A stretch of DNA of 64,000 bases from a virus: positions 1-64,000 of IMG/VR virus record IMGVR_UViG_3300010430_000024, one strand, 5' to 3'. Below, in pieces: positions 56,250 to 64,000 of this stretch. Within the stretch, counting starts at the first letter, position 1; the number at the start of each line of letters is the position of its first letter. The notes below the pieces were generated by a model, which had not been told where the DNA came from, searched no databases, and saw only the letters and a list, made by a program, of their open reading frames with translations. The position numbers were made by a program, and so were the translations under genes.

Positions 56250-56537
56250 TCAATGCCCCACTCCTTGGTGCGAAGAGCCATTCCAATAGCTCTGTGTCAG
56301 GTCTTTCAGAATCTTCGATAAGATGCCCAGTATGATAGCAGGAAACCCAGCGACTGCTGCTGCCGCCACTGATCCTACGATCTGATCATCTGGCAAGGTG
56401 TTCCAGTCAAACGCAATGAACCACTTCACAATAAAGAACCATGCGTACATAAAGAACGAATAGTAAGCAGCCAGCACCAACCTCGGAATGACGCGGTAAC
56501 TGTTGAGCAGCACCGCACCTCTGTCCCACCTATCCAT
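56250..56537 (-). CDS. Holin-like membrane protein
   Basis: Two TM segments, R.IPR motif, next to the endolysin. Confidence 0.6.
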   Translation of the reverse strand: MDRWDRGAVLLNSYRVIPRLVLAAYYSFFMYAWFFIVKWFIAFDWNTLPDDQIVGSVAAAAVAGFPAIILGILSKILKDLTQSYWNGSSHQGVGH

Positions 56538-56970
56538 TGAACGGACCCCTGTACTCAAAGTGTGGAAGGTCATCGAAATTCTGATCATCGATGATCACGT
56601 TGTCCTCATCCCAATTTCCACCCCACCTGATGTCATGACCCAGTGCCCTGCCCGTACCAATGATCAGCCCAGCAAGATAGATGAAACGCTTAGCGTCGTT
56701 CCAGTCGATAGGATACGGCGCTACATCGACAGCCTCTGACAGCCAGCCCTCCATTTCAGTTCCACCACGATTCATCGGTGCATTGTGTTTCGACTTGCCG
56801 GGACCGAGTTTGGTTTTGTTCTTGCGCAGCAGCTCTCCCTGCCTCTCCCACGAACGACGACCCTCAAGTACCGAGTTATCGAACTCCTTGACCACGACCT
56901 CCAGCGTCTCAACAAGCTGTGGACAAACTGTGTCTAACTGTGCGCGTGATGCACTTCCGTACGATGCCAT
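56530..56970 (-). CDS. Endolysin, M15 family peptidase
   Basis: EGRRS..RQ, SKHN, AVD.APYP, RWGGNW and D.PHFE. Confidence 0.9.
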   Translation of the reverse strand: MASYGSASRAQLDTVCPQLVETLEVVVKEFDNSVLEGRRSWERQGELLRKNKTKLGPGKSKHNAPMNRGGTEMEGWLSEAVDVAPYPIDWNDAKRFIYLAGLIIGTGRALGHDIRWGGNWDEDNVIIDDQNFDDLPHFEYRGPFNG

Positions 56971-56972
56971 GA

Positions 56973-59900
56973 CTATTCCCTCGTTTTTACCAGTGATGCA
57001 AGATTCGGCACGGACATGTCGTTCGACACCATCTCCAACAGCTCAGCAGTAGTTGGTGCATCCTCTTGAATGCGCCTCATGTACGCGACCGAGTTATCCA
57101 CACCCCACTCGTCAATCAGGTCGATCACCTGACTTGTCTCGATAGGCTCATCAGTGATCGGGTTGTACTCACCACCCGGTCGCAATTTCCAAGCCTCCTT
57201 GAATAACGTGTTGCGTGTCTCTTCAAGAGTGTCAATTTCCTTCTGCTTCCTATCTCTGAACTCACCATCAGTTTCGCCTTTTTCTTTCTCTTTGTTGATG
57301 GTGATCTGCATGATCGCAGTGTTCACGTTTTGAATGTTCTCGCGAACATTCTCCAGCGAACTTGCTGCACGAATATATGGAGCATTATCGGTATGGGTCT
57401 TGAGATATTCCTCGACGTTACCTTGCTTCTCATGGAACGAGAGCGACCCTTGAATCGCAGTAACCTTGTCGAGCATCTCATAAACCTCAGTCTCGTACTT
57501 GGTGTTGCGTGGTGGATTGTCACCACGGTTGAATCGACCAAGCACAGCATAGTCCTGAGTTTCAGGAGATGGTGGCAGCGGGTAGTCAAGCATCCGCTCA
57601 ACTCCCCAGTCAGCAGCCTGAAGGACGTAACGCCCAATGGTTCCTGTGTACCCCGCATACAGGTTCTGTAGGTGCATTGGAGACCTGATCTTGCCGCTTA
57701 TTGTATCCAGCCCTTCTGGCAGTCGCTTCGCCAACTCAATCATCATCGGACTGGTACGATAGTTGTACTGGTCAGGAGGAAGCCGCTTGCCTTGGTAGTA
57801 GCTGACAATCGGTCTACCCCTGAAGTAGTTCATGTTGTTATTCATTTCACGGATTGGCGCGATTGTCTGCGGGATCGGACTCATGGCAAACGTCTGTGCC
57901 ATCATGTGAGCGAACTCTTTCATCAACGTCTTGCCAGCATCAGTCTCTTGGTCATACCTATAGTTGAAGAACATCTCTGGGATGGTGTTGAAGATAGCGC
58001 CAACCTCGAATGGTTTTGGCAGACGGTAATGCGTATCGCCAACCCACCAGTGGTAGTAAGCGTGTCGGTCCCATGGCTGTAGGCTCTTGTAACGCTCATC
58101 GTCTTTGAACGCTCCGTACAGAGCCAGACCAGCAAGGCTGATCGCTAAACCCTTAATGGTGAACGCTATTGGGTGCTCCCTTGCGCCTCTTCCGAGACGG
58201 TACATGCCCTGTGCGCGAGCATTCATAAACGGCACCGTCTGAATCAGGAATTGAACCACAGGCCAATCGCCTCCCATGGAGAAGTCCATCAGGTCCTTCG
58301 CCTCGTAAGCAGCTCGCTTCTTCGATTTGCCTGCGGCGATGGCAGCATTGTAAACAGCCATACGGTTCGAGTTCTCAATCGATGAGCCGAGGTGCATCCA
58401 TGCCCTGATAAGTTTCTTCGGTGAGTCAAGCACTGAGCCAACAAAGCCCTTATTCTTCATTGCCTCCTTCAGCATCTTCCTCGTCTGTTGAGGATCACCA
58501 CCAGTGATGTATCCATTTTCAAACGCTGCTCCTGCGCCCACCAAGGTACGCATGGTCTCGTCTTCCATGAGCGCCTGACCGAAGCCCTTGATCGCAGAAA
58601 GTACAGGTAGGTTGCCCTTATCCCTGCCGATAACAAACGCTGATCCGGTATCACGAATGAAGTTCGACAGCATGAACGAAGGATCGATTGTGATCAGCGT
58701 CGTCAGTAGTCGCTTAGGTGCACGGAACAGGTTGATCCACTCACCAAAGTGCTTCTTGTTGATCGCGCTGAGGGAGCGATACAGAAGCATGTCGTCGGTG
58801 TAGTAGTACTCACGTTTGCCGTCGCGCATGACGCTAACGATACCGTCACCCTGCGGTGCCTTGAGCGCGAACATCTTCGCCATTCCAGTGAGTGCTTTCT
58901 CTGGGAGATCGTTCATGTGGATGCCAGCCTGATCTTCAGGAACGATCACGCCCTTCTCGATCAGCACCTTTTTCAGCTGCGCCATCGGGATCATCTCTGG
59001 CTTCCAGTCCAACGGCTTCTTCGAGATGATGCCAGAGCCACGCAGCGCATCAATCGATTCGAGTGCAGCGTTGTTCTTCACGGATGCGTCCACCAGCTTG
59101 GTGACGTTCATCATGATGTTGCCAATGATGTCGCTGACGTTCTCTTTCCCACCACGCAGACGACGAATCGGTGCACGCTGATTCGCAATACCGGATGTTG
59201 GTGACATGCCAGAACCAGAAAGCCTGTTGTCGTCAACACGATAGAACGGCACGTAATCAGCGCTCTCCCACGTCGGTCTGGTCTCTGCATCTATGATGCC
59301 TGACGCTTCACCAAAGTCGAGCATCTTCTTATTGAATGCAGCGTAGTCTTTTGCTACGCGCTCGAAGTGTGGGAACTTGTCGCCCAGTGCGACCATCGCC
59401 TTGAGTTCGTTCGCGCCGAATAGATGCTCACGGCCTGTTCGCGAAACTTTGTCAAGCGATTTGGCAGCATCAGCCATGATCTTCTGACGTGCGTTAGCCT
59501 CTCCCTGCTTCTTCAAAGCAAGCTCGGTCAGCTTGTCCATGATCGCGTTGGCTTCAGCTTCAGTCTTAATGCCCTTGCCTTTGAGGTAGGCCCAGCCCAT
59601 CTTGTATTTCACATAGATGTTTTCGCTGGTGTTCCGGGTATCGGGTTCACGCCAATTCCAAATCTTCCACCGATGTGTTCCAGCTTTGGCGCGTTTACCG
59701 CCAGCCTGCTTTTTCACGTGCGGGAGAAACTCATTGTCCCAGTACTCTTGCTCCACCTTGGATAGAGCGGCTCGCTCATCCTTAGTTATATGGTCTGGCT
59801 TCACTTCCCAGTGGCGCAGAAGTTCTTTATCTGCTTGCAGTGCCAGAAGAGCCATGATGTTGTCGTTCTCATTGCCGTGATCTACTCCGCTAGATTCGAT

Positions 59901-62900
59901 CATTGCTTGAACGGCATCATCAACTCTCTTCTTCTGTTCAGGTGGTAGGTTGCCGTAACCCTCCAACATCAGAGACTTGCCACGCTTGCCTGCCATGTAC
60001 AGACCCCACGTGTCCGGGTCGCCCAGTATTGGCTGAAGAATCTCAAGCAAGCCCTTGCCCTCGTTCTGCACAATGCCGTCCTTCCAGACAGGGTTTCCGT
60101 AGTACAGGACAGCCTTCATCATTGAGTCCAGTGATGTCGTCAGGCGAGCGCTTATGTACGCACCATCACTCTCACCAGCAGCATTGAGTGCTCGCCTCAG
60201 TCCATAGAACTGATCGACCATACCCTGCCGCATCTCTGCGCCCAGACCTTCGCGGAACTCAGCAGCACGTTGCGTTAATGTCTTCGGCTGGTAGCCAACT
60301 TTTTTCGCAGCGGTCTTCAGCTTCGGGTCTGTCTTTGGGCTGTAATGGAACGGAGCAACCGGACCACTAAACTCTTCACGCATCTTCTCGTTGATCGGGA
60401 AGTACATGACCCTCACACCCTCGCGATCAGAGCCGTAGTTCTCATCGATGTACACATCAAGACGCGATTGAGCATAGCTCTGCTCAGTGAATACGTCCTG
60501 CACAACTGGACCCTTCTTGTCACTCATGACAACCCAACCGTGCATCTCACCAGTAAGCTCAGTGACGTGCAACTTGCCATGATCATCAGCAATCTGCTTG
60601 TCCCGATTCGGTGACTTCCGCGTGAACTGACCTTCTTCTTTTGTGGCCTTGTTCATATCGTTTGCTTTCACATACGTGTCGCTGATATGCACGCCGTACT
60701 TCTTCAGTTCCTTGTTCCACATTCGCACAGTGATGTCTTCGTACGACTGCCTTGCGCCAGCCAGCTTCGGTCGCCCGTACGTCTCTGAGTAACTACCAAC
60801 TTGGTCACCGACCATGACGTTGATTAAGCCACCAGCCATCTCTTCATCAATCAACCCTTGACTGATGACTTCACCTAAAGGTTCCCCAGTCGGTGGCATC
60901 TCATCGCTCGGTCGGCTCGTTCTTCTTCTGCGTGGACGATTTCGTTGCTCTATGTCCTGAGTAATCAGATCATTGATTGCGGCCTCGTCGTTAGCAAAAC
61001 CGATGAAGCCATTGTCGGACCTTCGGTGCACCGCAGTTGTGGTCTCATTTGTTGTCGAGAGAATGTAATCGTCACGACTTATATTGCCGTCTTCGTCTAC
61101 TTCTGGCGCAGCAGGCAGCTCTGGTGTTGGTATCTTGCCGCTCTCCTGCTGATAAATCAGTTTGGCAACATCAGCTCCAAGCACAGGCACCATGCTACTG
61201 CGTGATACCACTATCGGTTTTGCTGCCTCTGGGTAACGAATGACATAGACCTCCTGCTCTTCGCCACGGATGCCTACGTTCTCTTTGCTCCATGAGATTC
61301 GTTTGGTTGGTTGAACACCACTCAAACCCATCCCACCACGAGTTGCAGATGACAGTCCGTTGTTCCACATCACGCCACCCAACCCACGACGCACTGCGTC
61401 AGCGATCAGGTACTTGAGTGCCAGCGGTCTCCACTGGTCATCCTTCGAGACTGGACTATCCTTATGAACTTGTCCGTAGTTCAGGCGTTTCTTTACTACA
61501 ACAAATCGCTCGAACACCTTGTCCATCTTCTGCGACTCATCGCTCATCATAGCCATGTTCTCGACCATGTTGCCCTTTACGATGTCCCAGTTCGGACCTG
61601 CCGCCCCTTCTTCTTCGGTTGCAGGTTCAGGAGTAGCTGGTGCCTCTGGTCCGAATGCCGCACCAACTGGTGGGGAAAGCTCTTCTTGTTCGTAGTAGTT
61701 CTTGATGGCATCAGAAAAGTTCCTCTTAGCGTCATCAAGATCAGACTCGTAATCGTGCTCTTCGCCATCGATCATCATGTCATAGGCATCACCAGCTTCC
61801 TTGGCAATGATCATTATCTCTACGTAGTTAGTCGGGTCACCATCCTCATCCCAGCTGACTGGGAGGCTACCTATAACCAGCGCAGTCGGACCCCTCTCGT
61901 GCCACTCTTCCCGAATTTGCTCATCAGCCTGTTCACGATATGCGTCGTCGTCGTACATGACATCTCTGCGATAGTCTTCGCGAGCTTCTGAAAGCGCTTC
62001 TTCAGCATCGGAGTTATCCACATCACCGTCTGCATCGATCTCAACCGCATCACGGTAGGTTTCGCCCTGCCTGCTGACACCTTCGTGATATTGTTCGAGG
62101 TTGTCCCAATCGTCCTCGCCCATGTTGTCGTAAGCGTACTGGATGATGTCACTGAGGTGCTCGCCATCGTCGTTCATCTCATAGTCGTAATACGACTCGA
62201 CACCATGATCGCGCATCGTAGAGGTTGCCTCACCATCCACATCTTCTTCCTCGAAGTTGAATAGCGATTCAAGTTCATCCCAGTCGTAGTCCTGCTCACC
62301 GACAAGCGACAGTCCAGACTCGTTGCGACGATGAGTGTCAAGAGAGATGCGACGTTTCTCTGCTGCGTGGTTCTCCATCCATGTCTTAACCAGTTTAGGC
62401 ATCAGGTCTTTTGCTTTTTCTACATCAGCTTTACTGCCTAACACCTTGACATCAATAAAGTCATCACCTGCTCTGACGGCATCCAGTATCAGCGTGCCCG
62501 GTGCAATATCACTGTGTCGGCTGACTCGACTTGGCGAGATAATTTCTTTCATCAATGAGATTGCGTCGTACCCAGTTCTCATTGCGGTGTTGGCATCATT
62601 GAGCACTACGTTCGGGATGCGTACCGTCGCCTGCTCGCGAGTGCCTAGCCCGGACAATAGCTCAGCTATTCGGTTGGTATCAGCGCCCGTCCTGCCGTAG
62701 AGAGTTTCAAGGAACGGCTTCAGCCTGTAGCCAATCATCGGCATCCGCAACCCTTCGTCGTAGTTGCTGCTGCTGGCTATGCGATCCATGTTCTGACCGA
62801 AGTTTCTCTTCAGGACATTGACAGCATCAACCAGCGCTTTCTGAGTGGAAGCATAACGAAGATCGTTGTGAATGGAATCAATAACCTTGTTCAGCTCACC

Positions 62901-64000
62901 TCTCATTGAGATAGCAATTCGGTTCATTGCTTTGCCGTCGAGGTACTCAAAGCCACGAGCATCCATCGACCCTGCGATCTCAGCATCAGTGATCTCTGTA
63001 ATTGTTTCCTCTACGCCATCACGAGCATCGCTGAGCATCTCTTTAATCTTGTCGAGTTCCTCAACAGTATGGGTCTTCCAGACCTCTCTCTTCTGGTCTG
63101 CGGATAAGTCTTCCCATACGTCACCAGTTTGCGTAACCGCACGTTCACGCAGAGAACTAAAGGCTGTTCCAGTCATGCCCTCGGTTGATCCATCTGGCAA
63201 ATTCAGGATAGGTTTAAGGGTGTCATTCACGACCTGCCAAATGTCCTGACTCACGCCACGACCGAACTGATCGCCCACCATGTTAAGGAGGTTGCGTTTC
63301 TCGGTGTACTCCTGATCGACCTCAGCCTTCTCGTTGCCACTTGCGAAGCCCTTGCGTAACTTCTGCAACCAGTCAGACTGGAGTTCGATGAGCGACAACA
63401 GCTTGCCCTTCATCCTTTCATTCGGAAACTCCAGCTCTGGCATTCCATCAAACTCAAGCAACTCGGCAACGCCAGTACGGATGTGCATGAGGTTCGCTTC
63501 ATAATGCCCGGTGTAGCCCATCTCGCCACCACGACCTTCACTCTTGATCAGGGCAACACGAAAGTCCTGCGTGTAACGCGAACCCTGTGGCGACCACTCA
63601 GAATACTCAGTGGTATGAGCTGCCCAATCAAACCAGCGATCCAAGTCCTTGTCGTAACCGATGTTAAAGCCTTTGGCGCGGGTCTTCTCACGCTCAGCTT
63701 TGATCATCTCCTTCTGTTCATCAGTTAGATTGTCTATCTCTTCGTCGGTCAGCTTGCCAAACAATCTGTCCAGCGCATCCGTGTAACTCATGCGCTGGTA
63801 ATCACCTTGCTGGTCAGCGTAAATGCGGTACGCATTTTCAGACAACATGTGAGCCTGCATCAGCTCTTTGGTTAGTTGAGTCTTCTTCGGGTTTAGCTTC
63901 TGCGTCATGATCTCGGTAATCCGAGTACGCATCATTTCAGGGGTGGCTTCATTGACTCGCGGTCGATATTCCTCGCCCTGCATTTCCTTGAGCGGCCCAA
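56973..64000 (-). CDS. Giant internal virion/ejection (large polyvalent, LPD38-like) protein; 5' end probably outside window
   Basis: >=2336 aa; LIELQSDW, DYVPFYR, NFIRDT, PFMNARAQG and RLPKPFEVG motifs. Confidence 0.75.
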   Translation of the reverse strand, partial: GPLKEMQGEEYRPRVNEATPEMMRTRITEIMTQKLNPKKTQLTKELMQAHMLSENAYRIYADQQGDYQRMSYTDALDRLFGKLTDEEIDNLTDEQKEMIKAEREKTRAKGFNIGYDKDLDRWFDWAAHTTEYSEWSPQGSRYTQDFRVALIKSEGRGGEMGYTGHYEANLMHIRTGVAELLEFDGMPELEFPNERMKGKLLSLIELQSDWLQKLRKGFASGNEKAEVDQEYTEKRNLLNMVGDQFGRGVSQDIWQVVNDTLKPILNLPDGSTEGMTGTAFSSLRERAVTQTGDVWEDLSADQKREVWKTHTVEELDKIKEMLSDARDGVEETITEITDAEIAGSMDARGFEYLDGKAMNRIAISMRGELNKVIDSIHNDLRYASTQKALVDAVNVLKRNFGQNMDRIASSSNYDEGLRMPMIGYRLKPFLETLYGRTGADTNRIAELLSGLGTREQATVRIPNVVLNDANTAMRTGYDAISLMKEIISPSRVSRHSDIAPGTLILDAVRAGDDFIDVKVLGSKADVEKAKDLMPKLVKTWMENHAAEKRRISLDTHRRNESGLSLVGEQDYDWDELESLFNFEEEDVDGEATSTMRDHGVESYYDYEMNDDGEHLSDIIQYAYDNMGEDDWDNLEQYHEGVSRQGETYRDAVEIDADGDVDNSDAEEALSEAREDYRRDVMYDDDAYREQADEQIREEWHERGPTALVIGSLPVSWDEDGDPTNYVEIMIIAKEAGDAYDMMIDGEEHDYESDLDDAKRNFSDAIKNYYEQEELSPPVGAAFGPEAPATPEPATEEEGAAGPNWDIVKGNMVENMAMMSDESQKMDKVFERFVVVKKRLNYGQVHKDSPVSKDDQWRPLALKYLIADAVRRGLGGVMWNNGLSSATRGGMGLSGVQPTKRISWSKENVGIRGEEQEVYVIRYPEAAKPIVVSRSSMVPVLGADVAKLIYQQESGKIPTPELPAAPEVDEDGNISRDDYILSTTNETTTAVHRRSDNGFIGFANDEAAINDLITQDIEQRNRPRRRRTSRPSDEMPPTGEPLGEVISQGLIDEEMAGGLINVMVGDQVGSYSETYGRPKLAGARQSYEDITVRMWNKELKKYGVHISDTYVKANDMNKATKEEGQFTRKSPNRDKQIADDHGKLHVTELTGEMHGWVVMSDKKGPVVQDVFTEQSYAQSRLDVYIDENYGSDREGVRVMYFPINEKMREEFSGPVAPFHYSPKTDPKLKTAAKKVGYQPKTLTQRAAEFREGLGAEMRQGMVDQFYGLRRALNAAGESDGAYISARLTTSLDSMMKAVLYYGNPVWKDGIVQNEGKGLLEILQPILGDPDTWGLYMAGKRGKSLMLEGYGNLPPEQKKRVDDAVQAMIESSGVDHGNENDNIMALLALQADKELLRHWEVKPDHITKDERAALSKVEQEYWDNEFLPHVKKQAGGKRAKAGTHRWKIWNWREPDTRNTSENIYVKYKMGWAYLKGKGIKTEAEANAIMDKLTELALKKQGEANARQKIMADAAKSLDKVSRTGREHLFGANELKAMVALGDKFPHFERVAKDYAAFNKKMLDFGEASGIIDAETRPTWESADYVPFYRVDDNRLSGSGMSPTSGIANQRAPIRRLRGGKENVSDIIGNIMMNVTKLVDASVKNNAALESIDALRGSGIISKKPLDWKPEMIPMAQLKKVLIEKGVIVPEDQAGIHMNDLPEKALTGMAKMFALKAPQGDGIVSVMRDGKREYYYTDDMLLYRSLSAINKKHFGEWINLFRAPKRLLTTLITIDPSFMLSNFIRDTGSAFVIGRDKGNLPVLSAIKGFGQALMEDETMRTLVGAGAAFENGYITGGDPQQTRKMLKEAMKNKGFVGSVLDSPKKLIRAWMHLGSSIENSNRMAVYNAAIAAGKSKKRAAYEAKDLMDFSMGGDWPVVQFLIQTVPFMNARAQGMYRLGRGAREHPIAFTIKGLAISLAGLALYGAFKDDERYKSLQPWDRHAYYHWWVGDTHYRLPKPFEVGAIFNTIPEMFFNYRYDQETDAGKTLMKEFAHMMAQTFAMSPIPQTIAPIREMNNNMNYFRGRPIVSYYQGKRLPPDQYNYRTSPMMIELAKRLPEGLDTISGKIRSPMHLQNLYAGYTGTIGRYVLQAADWGVERMLDYPLPPSPETQDYAVLGRFNRGDNPPRNTKYETEVYEMLDKVTAIQGSLSFHEKQGNVEEYLKTHTDNAPYIRAASSLENVRENIQNVNTAIMQITINKEKEKGETDGEFRDRKQKEIDTLEETRNTLFKEAWKLRPGGEYNPITDEPIETSQVIDLIDEWGVDNSVAYMRRIQEDAPTTAELLEMVSNDMSVPNLASLVKTRE

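Overview
Most of the genome of a tailed dsDNA phage with podovirus-like architecture; no integrase or DNA polymerase is recognisable in this window. The minus-strand late arm (35.8 kb to the left edge) runs terS, a ~14.5 kb accessory/structural insert, terL, portal, GroES-like, scaffold, major capsid, head-tail and tail proteins, and a >1500-aa modular tail fibre that leaves the window. A giant virion protein and the lysis cassette enter from the right edge. The middle holds sigma70-type early operons, a leftward replication module (HTH, initiator-like, helicase, primase) and a recombination module (YqaJ, RecT, SSB). The most striking locus is 46.7-49.4 kb. There a Ro60/TROVE gene is preceded by seven copies of a Y-RNA-like bulged-C helix with covarying stems. 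Four are linear Y-like RNAs with different internal modules, one of them a textbook YrlA tRNA mimic. One is an inside-out version with tRNA 5'/3'-CCA ends and the Ro helix in place of the anticodon arm. Two are permuted copies in the Ro leader, the last covering the Ro ribosome-binding site. A further tRNA-like RNA follows Ro. Other notable items are twin-arginine-leader minigenes carrying fragments homologous to the phage's own capsid and putative virion proteins, a Tad2/DUF2829-like gene, a GGQ release-factor-domain protein, a SPOUT-like protein, and two shared operator-like motifs. All family assignments are by eye from motifs and synteny; no searches or folding programs were run.
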